Assembly: GCA_028534125.1 (NCBI GenBank)
Contig: CM052832.1
Location: 9,984,001-10,048,000 of the forward strand
Origin: Lama glama
Taxonomy: Eukaryota
DNA: 64,000 bases
Reading direction: 5' to 3'
The notes below the pieces were generated by a model. That model saw only the letters and a program-made list of their open reading frames with translations, ran no database searches and was not told the DNA's origin. The position numbers and the translations under genes were made by a program. Of the stretch, positions 49,948 through 63,070 are shown one piece after another; positions within the stretch are counted from its first letter, which is position 1; each line of letters starts with the position of its first letter.

Positions 49948-49989
49948 TTTTTTGTAAGTTACGCACACTTTTTTGTAAGTCACACACAC
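49948..49989. repeat. 21-bp tandem duplication
   Basis: TTTTTTGTAAGTTACGCACAC / TTTTTTGTAAGTCACACACAC (2 mismatches). Confidence 0.9.
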
Positions 49990-51004
49990 TTCTCAACCTG
50001 TGAAAGTGAGAGACCCACAGGAGGTTTCATTGTTTTTGTTTTTAAAGCTACCTGGGCTTTTGTAGATAGGAGCTGCTCCTAAGAGGAGAGTGGGGCCAGG
50101 GCAGTGGGCCAGGGCAGAGGCCCGGGGCAGGGGTGGATGTCATTGCAAAGACTCTGCTGACTTCCGGCTGTGCTTTGTTTGAGAAGTGAACGGCTGTTGT
50201 GGCAGGTGGGGAAGGGAATGGAAGGCAGGTAGGAATTTCCACTCCTTCCTGGCCTTTGCTCAGGCGGAAGCCGCTGCCCCTACTCTGTGTTTACACTTAA
50301 CGAGCCACACCCCTCAGGATGGCACAGACTGACACCCCTTTCCTCAAGATCTGCTCCAGGCCACATACCTATCCCCCACACCCTGAAAGCACTTTTCAGC
50401 ACCTGGCTGCTGAGCTGGGCCCAAGCTTCCAGGGGAGGAAGAGGGAGAGTGTGAGGAGGAGTCTAGGAGTCGGGTGAGGTAATGGGGGGGAGTTGGGGGG
50501 AATCCAGGCTAGGACGGGTGATAGAATGCCTGGCACTTGTCACCTTTCTTTTTGTATTATTTTTATATCATGACAACCTAGTTTCTAAAACCCAAATCTT
50601 TCCTCCTGCTTAGCAACTCTTGCTCTAAGATACTTCATTCACAAAGAGGTAAACAGGACTGATAACAGCTTCTAAAGCCACCCTTTCAAGAGAGAGGTGC
50701 ATTTTGGCCATGGCCTCTTTGTTTGTCCATTCATTCTTTGATTTACTCAACAATTTCCTTGGGCATTTCTGGGGACCCTGCATCCCATCTGAAAGGCTTA
50801 CCTGGGCCATCTCTGAGCTGTCTGGTGGGCTGCTGCCCAAGCTTTGGCTTTGCCAGGAATGACACCCCTACCTCCTTATACAACATCCAAGTACACTGGT
50901 AGCAACCCATGCTCTCTTTTTCACAATTCAATGAAAGGAAATGTAATTCATCCTCATGAAAAAAAAAAGATTGGGGATTTTGCCTTAAATGCAAAGGGTG
51001 GTGC

Positions 51005-51162
51005 TTTTTTTTTTTTTCCTAAATTGAAGTATAGTTAATTTATAATATGTCTTAGTTTCTGGTGTACAGCAAAGTGATTCACTTATACATATATATTTTT
51101 TCATATTCTTTTCCATTATGATTTATTACAGGATATTGAGTATAGTTCCCTGTGCTATACAA
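51005..51162 (-). mobile_element. 5'-truncated LINE-1 3' end
   Basis: Poly-T followed by AATTGAAGTATAGTT...TTTCTGGTGTACAGCAAAGTGATTC...TATAGTTCCCTGTGCTATACA, typical of laurasiatherian L1 3'UTRs. 15-bp TSD AAAGG(G/T)TGGTGCTTT at 50993-51007 and 51163-51177. Confidence 0.85.
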
Positions 51163-53099
51163 AAAGGTTGGTGCTTTAATAACGCATTTCCAAGTATTAA
51201 CCGATCAGTTTGTTCTAGTTTGGCCACGGGGCTGAGCTCCTCAGGGCAGCTGGGCAGGAGCCCATCCAAGACATCAGACTTTGGATGGAATTTCCAAACC
51301 CGGCCACTGCCAGTCAGGGCTCTGGGTTTGTTTCTCTGTTCGTCCTTCTCAGCAGGGAAAGAGCTGACTGTGAGCTATTAGGAGAAGACTGAGCTCAGAG
51401 CTGGAAGGGACCCAAAGGATCCTCTAGTTTAGGAATTTACAGAGACTAGAGTGGCTTAAAAGTAGTACAGCCTTTTAATAAACTTAATTTACACTGAAAC
51501 CCAACACAAAACAATTAGGAGTTGTAGCTCTAGTTGAAGTCGTGGGGCTGGACCCTGAATGCTCCGCCAATTTCCCCTTGAGTGGTCCAAAGCTCCCCTG
51601 GAGAACTCCAAAGCTTAAAGAACACGTATAGAATCCATGGAGCTAGTTCAGTGATCCAAATTATAGTCAAGAAAACTGAGTCTGAGCATGTCGGGGAAGA
51701 TGGTAGCCCTTAGGTCCTCCACCCTCCATGGTTGGCTTTGGGTTCATGCTCATTCCCTAGACTCATGATGTGTCCTCCTTTCCAACTTGACATGCAAAAT
51801 CCTACACACCCTTAGGCTTAGCCCAAATGCCACCTCCTTATGGAATGGTCCCCAATTCTCTCATCCAGTTCTGGCCCCACGCCCACGCCCGTTGGTGTTC
51901 CCGGAGCTGACTGCTTTTGCGCCTCTCTTAGGAGCACCTTCCCTCGCATGTGTGCTCATATGAAGCAGGTCTTTTCTCCCTCACCAGATGGTGAGGCTCT
52001 CTGAGGTCAGGGGTGTCTTTTTTATCTCAAGCATCCAGCCTGTGAGTAGATGTGCCATCACAGAGAAGCTGTTGACCTGTTTTCTGGGGTGAAGGTGAGA
52101 GGTTTTTCCATGGTTGGGGGGTGGTCTGCCTACTAGACAGACCTAGTTCTCATCAACTCAGCTGGGAGGGCACTGAGTTTGATTAGACATTTACTTGGAG
52201 GCCTGAAGTATGTCTGGAGGGGGTGGGAGGTGAGGAGGGGACAAAGCCCTTAGAGCTTGGAGGAGGATCCTTAATGCCTTGAACTGGCTCCTCCCCCAAA
52301 CCCTCCAAAGATAGAGGCAGAAAGGGGGGTAGGGGAAGAGAAGCCAGGGCCTCTACACCTCCCACCATCAGAGATTTTCCTCTTTTCTGGCATTTTAAGA
52401 GCTCAGACTCAAGCCCTTTAAGGGCTTTTGAAACAATTAGATTTGCAAGTGCCCAGTGCTCAGTCTAATTGCTTAAAAGCCACTTCAGGCTCCAACTGAC
52501 CCAGAGTAAAGCTTGGAGAGTGGACAGGGGGAGGGGAGACCCGAGACACTCTGTCGCCCTGTTTCCCAGGCCTTTCTTGGTGACCAAGGTCTGGACCAGG
52601 GCTGATACCAAAAAGGGATCTTCGATTGTGCCCGTTTGCCAGAGCCACTGGAATTTCCCTGTCCCTTCCCCAGCCCTTGCCTCTAGGGCTTCTCATGTAA
52701 ATCCCAGCATCCTTCGGGATGGTCAGGGCAGGTGTGTCCACAACCAATTTTCAAAGTTAAGGAGGTCCAGAAGTGTCAGAACACAAGACTTGAGATACCT
52801 GACTCAAAGGTGATGCTGTTCCTCTGGGATCTTCTGCTGTTGGGGCAAGAGGAGATTTTGCAATCTCTGTCAGTTCCACTTCTCCATGCTTTCCTGATTA
52901 CTCTTCCCCCAGATTCTAGTTTCTGTACAAAATTCTCTCTGGCTCAAGATCCTACAATATTCCATATCAGATGGGGTCAAATGTTCCTCACAGCCTTTGA
53001 GCAACCCCATAATTTGGCCCCATTTCACCTTGGTTCCAGGCCACCCCTGTGCTTTTTCACAGACTGTGTTCTTGCCCTCCACTCTTCCACTGCCCAGTG

Positions 53100-54330
53100 C
53101 AGACATCTATTTATGTGCCTGGCATAAGGCTCAGCAGTGGGGACACTGGGATGAGTAAGTCATGGGTCCTGCTTTCAGTGTGACATGTTCTAGGTGGAAC
53201 ATAGACATAAACAGACGAGTTTCTTTGCCAAAAATTTGTCGAGCATCTACTATTGCCAGACACTGCTCTAGGTGCTAGGGACACTCAGGCCAACCAAACA
53301 GATAAAGTTCCCACTTTCATGGAGTTTATGTGATAGGAGAAACAGGCAATGACATATAAGCAAAGAGATATGTAATCTGCCACATGGAGATGAGTGAGTG
53401 AAGGGAAGCAAGGCAGGCGGAAGAGAAGGCTCTCAGAGGTGGGGACATTTGAGCTGAGACCTGAGTGGAGGGAGGGAATAGCTTATGCTAAGGTCCTGAG
53501 TAAGGGCTGCCTGTGTGTTCAAGGAGGAGCAAGAGGCCAGTGCAACTGGAGAAGACTGTGTGAGGGAAAGAGATGAAGACGAGTCAGAGGGAACAGGGGC
53601 CAGATTATGATGGGGACTGTAGACTCACCTCAGCAAGAGCTTTGGATTTCAGAATGAGATGGGTCGACTGGGGATATTGAGCAGGGAATGATACGAGCAA
53701 ATACATGTTTTAAAAGGCTCACTTTGGCTGCTGTTGGAGGACAGTCTGGAGGGGCAAGAGTAGAAGTAGGGAAGCTATTTAGGAAGCGATTGCAATAGTC
53801 CAGCAAGAGATGGTGATGGTTGGAGTATTGGGAAGAGATCATTATAATACAGTATAGATGCTCCGTTTTGAGAGCACCAGTCAGGAACACTCGAGGGACC
53901 AGGAGGCGGTGGGCTGGACTGTTGACAAGAAAGGATTGCTAGAGGTTTGATCACAGAGCTGAATCTTAAATGAGGAGGAATCGGTCCAGACAGGAGATGG
54001 GAGGTGGGCCAAAGGGGACAACAAGTGCTGAGGTGCCTGCTTCACGGGCTGTGGGGAGCTGGGAGCAAGTAGACAGGCCAGAGCATCACTCAGAGGCAGG
54101 GAATGGTGTAGCCTGGGGCTGGACACCAAGGGTGGGAGCCTAGTTGAATTGAAGAGTTTGGGCAGCAGGAAGTCACAAAGGGTGTCAAGCCTGACCGCTT
54201 CCCTGTCCAATTTGTGTGGGACAAAGATCACTCTGGATGTGGAGAAGGGGAGGGGCAGGACTAGGGTCTGGGAGGCCAGTTAGGAGGCTGACCTGGTGAC
54301 AGATGGGAGTGGCCTGGACCACAGGAGCCT
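53100..54330 (-). mobile_element. LINE-2 fragments
   Basis: GAGCATCTACTATTGCCAGACACTGCTCTAGGTGCTAGGGAC...GACATTTGAGCTGAGACCTGA...TTTTAAAAGGCTCACTTTGGCTGCTG...AGGAAGCGATTGCAATAGTCCAG..AGAGATGGTGATGG. Confidence 0.75.
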
Positions 54331-54839
54331 TGACTGGAAAGTTGCCAGGATGTCCAGTCAATGGCTGATTGGTTAAAAGTGTGCAGAAAACAGAAGAATG
54401 AAAAGTGGTCCCTGTTCAGCATCCATGCCCTTAGACTGGATATGAGGCCCCCATACTTAGGCCCTCCTCACAGAGCAAGGGGTCTCCAGAGCCCACTGGC
54501 AGCCACCCTCCTTCCAGATCACTCCTCAGACACCCAGGGTCTCTAAATTCATGTGTACATGGCCTGTGCAGGCTGCTGCCGCCTCCACCGGTCCACCCTG
54601 CAGGGTAAAGCTTCCTGGGCTACAGGCTGAGGCGGGGAGAGGGGGATGTACCCAGAGCTTGGGCCTGCAGACTGGGGTGTCCCTGTGATTCCCTCAAAGC
54701 CTTTCACAGCTGAGGGTGAACTTGGGGATGGGAAGGGTGGGGAGGCTGGCTGGGACGGGAGCTGGGGGAGCACGTCCTGGTGCAGAGCTCCGAGAAGCCT
54801 GAGCACTCAATTTTGAACCTGGCCTTCCAGATCTTTGGA

Positions 54840-54965
54840 AGGTCTATGTGTCAGCCTAGGAGAATAGAACATATTTTATTTAACAGTTTGTTAACTTGAT
54901 TTATAACTTTTAAATATTTAGACATATGGAATGTGGGCCTCCATTTGTACTTTTGCCCGGTCCAG
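54840..54965. mobile_element. Probable hAT (Tip100-type) DNA transposon fragment
   Basis: AT-rich TTTATTTAACAGTTTGTTAACTTGATTTATAACTTTTAAATATTTAGACATATGG..TGTGGGCCTCCATTTGTAC resembles a MER-type hAT element; family uncertain. Confidence 0.45.
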
Positions 54966-57487
54966 GAGGGGTGAATGGAAAACTCCCCATGGCCAGGATT
55001 ATGTCTTATTTGCCTTGGTCCCCCTCCCTCCTCCACCCCACATCCCTGGGCCTTGGTAATTTCCACCCAACTGGAAAGAGAGTCAGATCCCAGCCTGATA
55101 GAGAGAAATGTGGACTTGCCATGGCCCCAGCGGGGAATGGTTGGTCAGATGACTGCAGGGGACTTTGGATGGTGTGGCCTGGGCAGGGGTTGGGGAGGAC
55201 AGAGATCGGGACCCAGGGGGTCAGGAGCAGGGACCCCAGGCACAGACTGTCCCATTCAAAACCCACCTCTGCTATTCAGGATTGTGTGGCACTTGTAGGA
55301 CAGGATAATGACAATAATCCCTAATTACCCCGAACTCGCAGGGTATGGGGGAAGATGCAGTGAGTGTCTGACGTGTAGTTAGTGCTAGAAAACATTTGTT
55401 ATTACTATCACATAAAGTGGTCCCTTGGAGGGAACTTCTAAGCCAAGCTAAGGGGCAGCTCCTAGTAAATCAAGGAAGGAGTCAAAGTTGGTTTTGTTGC
55501 CCGATCTTTCTCTTCCCACTTTCAAAGTTCCCCATGGAGGTCACTCAGTGATCAGGCTGTCCCTCCCCCCTCTAGGAAACCCCTCTCCCCTACCTCCCCC
55601 TCAAAGCTGTCTGCTGTTTGGTTAACTCCTGTTCCGTCTCCGCTGTCTGCAGCCTGTCATCCCCCAGATGCCTGGCCAAGCAATTCACTTGCAAATCCTC
55701 AAGGTTCCTGTTCGCAGGAAGATGTCAGTGGGCGAGAATGGGCCCAGCACTGTGCTGAGGTGAGGGCCCTGAACACAACAGCTCATTCAATCCTTTAACA
55801 GAATCCACTGAACTCTGTTCCAGATGCTGTGATCTGTATTTTGCATAGGAGGAGACTGGGACAGAGAGAGGTTAAGTGACCTGCTCAGGATTTCTCAGCG
55901 GAGAAGTTAAGAGCCAGGGCCAGGACCCAAGAATGAGTGGCTGGAGCTCTCTTTTCCAGGAGGAATCCAGCCTTGTTCCCAGCTCCTGTGACACTCCTGA
56001 TGAATAGAGTGTAGACCTGCTGGAGACAAGGCCCTGTCCCAATGGAGACACTTTGATGGGAGGACTGCAGGCACTTAGCAGGCTGAAGATCTGGTTTGTC
56101 GGGGGGAGAGGAAGTTCTTTTGTTTTCCTTTAGATTATAGTTGAGGACCTTCCAGGCAAAAAACAAGCAAACAAAACAACCCTCTCTTTTCAAGGGATGA
56201 GGGCTTTGGGTGGGTCTTGTAGGGGAGGTACTTTGTGTGAGATACTCAGACAGGTTTTTTTGGAGCCATATGGTTTCCAGTTGGAGGGGATTCTATAGGG
56301 ACAAGGAGCTGCCCCTTCCCTACCACAGCCTGAGTGACCTGGGCTCCTTGGAAAGCTGCCCGACTTGGGGAGCAGAAGCCCTGGAAGTTACTTGCTGGTT
56401 GAGTGGAAGCAGAGACATTTGATTCTAGCCCCTGCCCTCAAGAGCTTACAGTCTCCTAGGAAGCCAGACAGACTGCAGGAGCTTCAAGTGGAAAAGGCAG
56501 CAGCCTGGGAATGCCTTCTGGCCATGATGTGAACCAACTGCGTGACCTTGGGCAAGTCACTCGCTCTCTCTGATCTAGGTTTCCCATCCATAAAACGAGA
56601 AACTTAGGGCTGATCACTGGGTTAAACCTTGTTTTTCCTTTTCACAATGGGACCTGGAGTTCTAATGACCTCCCACACAGGAGTCTGCCAGGGACAGCAG
56701 AGCTGCTCGGCTTCTGAGAGAGAAGGAACCCATGCTCTCTGTCTTCCTCCTCGTCTTTTGAGATAATTGCTAAGGGCAGCTCTAAGTGTCTCTGATGGTA
56801 AGGCCTGAACCACATTGAGAAAGCTCAAGAATGAGCTTCCTGGAGGAAGTCAGGGTGGACTTGAAGGCTAGAAGGATTCTGATGCGTGGAGGCATGGGAA
56901 GGGCATACCAGGCAGGAGGCAGGATGTGAGAAAGATGCAGAGACGGGGAAGGGCAAGGTCGACACTGGTGCAGAGCCCGCCTGGCTGGAATGGAGGAGAC
57001 TTACAGGAGGGGAGGAGAGAGGAGCCTAAGAAAGGCGTCCCAGGCGGCATCCATGGGAACCTCACATCAAGGGGTAAAGATTATTTCTGCCACAACTGGG
57101 AATATGTGTCCAGACTCCTTCCTACAGAAGGGTGCGCCCTGCTGTGAGGGGAGGGCAAGAACCAGCATCCAGGAAATAGTAATAATAATGGCATCTACTT
57201 CAGAGGGTTGTTTGGAGGGTGAAATGGGTTAGAATATCGGAAGCCCCAGAATGGTGTCCGGCACAAGAAGAATGTTGCATAAGTCTTTGTGAAGTATATT
57301 CAGATCAGAGAGGACCCTGAGCCACCAAAGTTGTGCATCCTTTCCTGCCTCTGGCCTAGCATTAGTAGTGATGGAATTAGGATTTTGCTAGCTTCTATGA
57401 TCACCCATGATGGTGATTCTGAGATGTTTGTGTGTGTGTGAGGTGGGGTGCAGCTACAGGTGTCTTTCCAGCCACTCCCTGACACTG

Positions 57488-57515
57488 ACACACACACACA
57501 CACACACACACACAC
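57488..57515. repeat. (CA)n microsatellite
   Basis: Uninterrupted CA run of about 13 units. Confidence 0.95.
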
Positions 57516-58689
57516 TCCCTCCCTCATTCCTCTTTCTGTTGCTGGTTTGTTCCTGGCCATCCCACGCTCCAGAGCCCCTGATTTCCTTCCCATCCCCTGC
57601 TCCAAGCCCACACCTCGCTCCCAGCCTCCTCCTTCCCCTCTCCCTGCACACCCCCCCCGCCCCGCCCTCCCACTCACCATAAATCTGTTACTCTGGAGTG
57701 TGTGTCTGTTGGGGGGCGGGGGGGCAGCTGTGGTGGAAAGGCAGCAAACCAAACCAAACCCAGCTAATGAAAACGGCGATAAATCTCTGTCCATCAGGTT
57801 TGTTGTGAGCACAAACATTGCCAAACAAGGGCCCAGATGGCCTGCAGGCCCTCCTCCCCACGGTCTGCAGAGCTTTAAATGGAAATGGTTGCTTTATATA
57901 TCTATTTACTAGTTGGAAAGGATGGAGGATGATTGAGTCCAGGGGTGCTTGGCCATGAAACAGGAGGTGAGCCAGGTGGGAGCCCTCTGCACCCCACACC
58001 TGAGCAGGACTCCACTGGCTAGTCCCCACCCTCCCCCACCCCTGCTCCTGGAGAGAGCTCGGGGTAAACCCTGTCTGACACAGGCCAGTTGTGCGGAGGG
58101 GAAAGGAAGAGGTTGCCTCAACCTGCTCCCACCACTAGACCACCCCCCACCCCCAACCTTCCCCGGGCAGCCAGAACCAGCTCCTCTCTGTTATTTCCAA
58201 AGTTCTCCACCCCCTGTCCAGAACTTTCCTTCCTTTTCATCCAGTCAGTTTGAAGCCTACCCTATCTTTCAAGCCCAAGCCAAGCCCCACCTCCTCCAGG
58301 AAGTCGCCACACCCCTAGTCCTCCTGGACCTCTCCAGCCTCCATTCCTATAGCACTGCACGTTGGGAGCCCAGCGTGGTCACTACCAGAGATGGACAGGT
58401 CTGGGTGCACAGCCAGGCTTTACCACTGAGCAGAGGGACCTGGGCAAGTTAATGTATCAGCCTCAGTTTCTTACTCTGTAAAATAGATATAATCGTGGAA
58501 TGGTTGTGAGGAGTAAACGAAATGAGAGTAGAATGTGCTTATAAAGTGAGGGCACCGTCTAAGCGCTCCATGTCAGCACTCATTACTAGTACCACCCAGT
58601 CAAGACTTTTCACAGAGACGTTACATGTACGTTTGCATGTATGAGAGTGTGTGTGATGTGTGCGTGTGGCGTATGCATGTGTGTATGTC

Positions 58690-59150
58690 CTAGTGTGGGT
58701 CCCTGAGAACAGACTCTGAGTCAAAAACTTAAGTGCAAGTCGTTTATTTGGAAGGTGGTCCCTGGAAGCTAGTGTGGGGGAGGAGGGGAGGGAGAAAAGC
58801 CAATGAAGGGTGCTTAACAAGCGAGTGACACCATGAGCAATGGGGGTTCGCTAACCGTGAGGATACCTCACAGAATTGTCCCACCGAGGGCTGTGGCAGC
58901 CAGGGTATTTATCCACCCACTCTGCCCCTCATTAATTAAATGTTGTCCTTGGGGCTGGAAATCCCTGGCACTTCCTAGCTGCCCTGTGGGCTGAGTAAAC
59001 CTTCTGTGGGCTCTGCAAAGGAGAAACTGCGCAGGTGAGAAGCAGAAAGGGCAATTCCAGGTTCACTGTCCCTTTGCCATCATAGCTGCAGATGAACTAA
59101 CTAAGAGGCAGGACAAGGGGATGCAGTGTGAGGCACCGACAGCATCCTCT
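58690..59150. mobile_element. ERVL solo LTR (LTR16-like)
   Basis: GGGTCCCTGAGAACAGACTCTGAG...AAGTGCAAGTCGTTTATTTGGAAGGTG...AAAGCCAATGAAGGGTG...GGGTATTTATCCACC. Shares its core with the 33.8 kb copy. Confidence 0.72.
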
Positions 59151-61389
59151 GCTGAGTTCTTCACTTTTCTATCCCCACAGCTTCCAGCATGGCATTTTGC
59201 ACACAGTAGGCACACCATAATTATTTGTGGACCAAAAGGAGGTTTGGGTTAAGAGCTGGGAAACCCATGCTCTCCCCACTGCTCAGTTTTTAACTCAGTG
59301 TGTGATGCCAAGCAAGACACATGACCACCCTGGGCCCCATCTGCTCTTTCTGTAATGTTGGCACCTGGCCACCTTCTCTGCTTAACCTATAGTCCTGTTG
59401 TAATGAGTTGGAATGGTCTTTGGGAGCTGCTCAGAACAGGTAAGGTGTTGCTTGTGATGTCTGTGGGAGGGGGGAATCCCCCAATCCAGGCATCATTCAA
59501 GTTGGAGGTGCCTGGTAACACATTATTCACACACACTCTATGGTCAAAACCTCTGGCCTTTTTGGGACATCGTCTGCCTCTTCCTATCCCATGATAATTC
59601 CAGAGGTAAACAATAAAGAAAGAAAAGGCCAAAGAGTTTTGAATTGCTGACTCCTCTGTGGAAAAAAAAAATCCCAAAGTGATCCAAGGGGATCTGAATG
59701 GATGCTCGGTGGTTCGGTCACCAGGGAGGTTTACTAATGGCTGGTGAACATAGAAATCATTTAGGACAGAAATTCTTCACTTAGGGGGTCTTGGAGTCCC
59801 TAAGATGCCCATGGATAAGTCTTAGGAGTCCCTAAATCTCTTGGAAATACTTGTAAAATTGAGTTTGTGTGTAAATGTGTACACATGAATTGCTCTAAGT
59901 TGATGATCTGGAGCTTCCAGTCAATTCTCAAAGAAGTCTGTGACCCAAGAAAAGTAGGTTTGCTCTGCCCCAGATCTCCCATGCCAAAGGGGAGGATACT
60001 GAAACCAAGTGATGGGATGTGAATTGTTGGATGACACGCAAGGAGCCGCATGAAACCCAAGGGCAGCTGCGTGGATCAAAGTCTGTACAACCAGAAGTGT
60101 GGGTCTGGCTCCCCAGGAGGCTGTACGAGACCCTGGTCCAGCCTCTCCTTGCTCCTGGGGAAACATCTCAAAGGCATGATGTAGTAACTTCCCTGGGGAT
60201 GAGGGTCTGTGCTGAGGTCTGTTTCCATGGAAAACAGAACAAGAGAAAACCAACCAAAAATGGAAAGAAAAGGAATTCCTTATTACTAAGAAGCCTGGGC
60301 ATATTGGCAGGCCTCAGTTTCCAGACGTGGAAATGGAGATGACAGTGCTTACATCTTTAAGTTGAAGTGAAGATTAAAGGAGACCAAGAGAGTAGAAATG
60401 GCTTACAAAAAGGCAAGGGGTACGCAAATGCTAGTAATGCTCATTACAGCAGAGGTCTGGTGAGTACCCATTTTGCTGCTGCGGGGAAACTGTATACCAT
60501 CTGGATGACCTAATTCTGGACAACTATGAAATTCTCCTGCAGGTCCTTGCAGCTGGATGTCAGAACAAGAGCCTTGGTTTCAGAGTGAAACTTGAATCTG
60601 CACCCCAGCTCCACCTCCTGTGAATATGTGTGATCTTGGTCTTAACCTCTCTGGGCCTCAGATTATCCATCTTTAAAGTGGGGACATACACCTACCTGAT
60701 GGGGACATTATGAGGATCTGATGAGTCAGTGCAAATGACAATACTTGTAACAGTGACTGGCACATAATAAGTACTCAATGAACATTATTTTGTTCCTGTT
60801 CTTTGACAGGTGCCAACTTTGGATAGTTTCTCTGTTCACTAAGAAGTCTCTGTCCACCACCCCCTTCCCCTTCTCCACCCAAATGTAAATTCTGCAGCAT
60901 AAGGACATGCCTGTCTTGTTTACAATTGTATTCCCCAAGCCTGGCAAACAGTGTGCAACAGATATTTGTTAAATGAATGAGTGGAAGTACCAAAGCAGGT
61001 TTTTAAGGATGAGAAGTAACTCTGACAATGTGAGAACACTCATCAGTCTGGACTAGCCCCAAGAGGGACCAGGAGCTGTGCCAAAAGCCCTATTAGGAAT
61101 CAAGAGCGTTGGCTTCCGGTCCCAGTTCTGCCACTTAACTGCTGAGCCACCTCCACCAAGTGGCTGGCCCTCTCTGGGCCTCTGTGTTCTTCCTCCAAAG
61201 TGTGGAAGCCCTGAGATTCCAGGGCTTCCCCCTGAAAGGCTGGCCTCCAAGGAGCTCGGACCAGCTGGAGAGTGTGGGATTGTGGGATTTGGGGATAATT
61301 CAGCCACTTAATTAATGACAAGGAAGGAGAAGTGGAGAGGATGGTGGGGGCGGGATCAGGGGGAGCAATCCTGGAAGAAAAGTCCACCC

Positions 61390-63070
61390 GAAGCGGCAGC
61401 AGCTGCGGGTGGGGGTATGTTTGGGGCGGCCACGCTGGGCCAAAGCACCGGGTGGCTGTGCACGCCCGGGAGCGTGTCTCCGAAGCGTGTCTCCTCCGAG
61501 GCGTGTGCGCCCCGGGCTCGGCCTGCCCCTCCTTTCCTTGAGCGCCTCGCCAGTTCCCGCCGCCACTGACTTTCTGACTTCTTAACTTGTCAGCAAATCC
61601 CAGAGTTAAAAATGCACACGCACCCCGGCCAGCCGCCAGCAGGGCCGTCTGGCCGCGGCTCCAGATGTGGGGCCACCGCGCGGGCCGCCCGCCCCGCCGC
61701 GCAGACTAAACAATCACCCTTGGCCGTGAGCGCAGCGCAATTCCAGATGCCGCGTCCCTCGCGCCGCGCGCTAATTGGGCCGCGGGCGCGAGGCTCTGTC
61801 AGCGCGGGCCAGGCCCTGTCGGGGGCGGCCTTGGCCCTGGGCCGGTCGGCTGAACTACTTATGACGGGGGCGGGGTGGGGAGCCGGAGAATGGCAGGGGG
61901 TGAAGAGAGAGAGAGACTGAGAGACAGACAGACAGACATCAAGAGGGCCAACTCAAAGAGAGTTAGACAAAGAGAGAGAGCTATATTCAGATTTAGAAGA
62001 AAGAGACAGAAGAGACGGAGAGAGATACACACAGGGGCATGGAGAGACAGAGAAACAAGGCAGGGCCGACTGACACGACGGTAGAATCAACAGAGGCACA
62101 AAGATACCGACAGCAGGAGAACCCAGCCCATGAGACGTACATGTTTACCGCCGGGTTGCTGCACGGTGTCCACCCCTCTTGTTTTACAAAAACTCCTTCT
62201 CACATTCTCACTTTTTATAATTCTTCCTAGACCCCGGCGAAGCTGGGGACTGGGCCCCGCCTCGTGGCCGCCTAATCCTGGCAGCGAGGAGGAGCCTGGG
62301 GGACTGCGCGGAGGAAGAGCCCTCGCCCCCGAAGGAAACTGAGCCATCGTAGGTTCACCCCCAAGTTCTGGCTGGGAGACTGGGATGCTGAGGGCAAGTG
62401 CGGGAGGGGGATCTGCGGAAGTTTGCCTGGAGGGGGATGCCTGGAATGACTCCTGCAGTGCCCCTCCTTCACTAGGCAGCCACTCCGGCGGCACCCTCCT
62501 TTCCCTGGCGCCCCGGGGCCTCTTTGGGCCCCAGAGACGGGGGATGGCAGGTTAAGCCGAGGCCCAGGGCAGGGAAGCCCACCGGGGACCACCCGGGGGA
62601 GCCCCCCCCCAGCCTCGGGTTCCGCCCCCGCCGGGAGGCCCGGGCGCCCCGGGGGTGAGCGCGGAGGGCAGTGAGGCAGCCCGGCAGCTCTTGGCGGCCC
62701 CTCTCTGACAATCTTTCCTTTGTTTGTTTTCTTAAATCTGGGAGGCCCGAATTCCTGCCGGATTCCGTAGGTTTCACTCAGGAAGGAGGCGCCCCCACCC
62801 CCTCTCACGTCGGGCCCGGCTGCCGAGGGAATGGCAGGTTCTTCCCGGAGGCCCGCGGCGCGCAGCCCCGCGGCCCCGGGCAGGGTGAGCGGGCGCCGGG
62901 CGCGGCGGAGAGTCCCGGGCGCCCTGCCCGCGCGCGCCACCACGCAGCCCCGCCGCAGGGCCACTGGCGGCCTCTGCCGAGAACTTTAAAAAAAAAAAAT
63001 CAAACCAGGAAAGTTTATAAAGATACAAAGAGCAGGCCTCCCCGCCTCCTCCCCCGCCCGCCCCCGCCTC
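61390..63070. promoter_or_regulatory. Distal CpG island ~35 kb upstream of FOXP4 (two lobes split by a GA-rich tract)
   Basis: CpG-dense at 61390-61880 and 62230-63070 with GC boxes; no credible coding frame. Confidence 0.8.
61900..62060. repeat. GA/GACA-rich low-complexity tract
   Basis: AGAGAGAGAGACTGAGAGACAGACAGACAG... between the two lobes of the CpG island. Confidence 0.85.
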
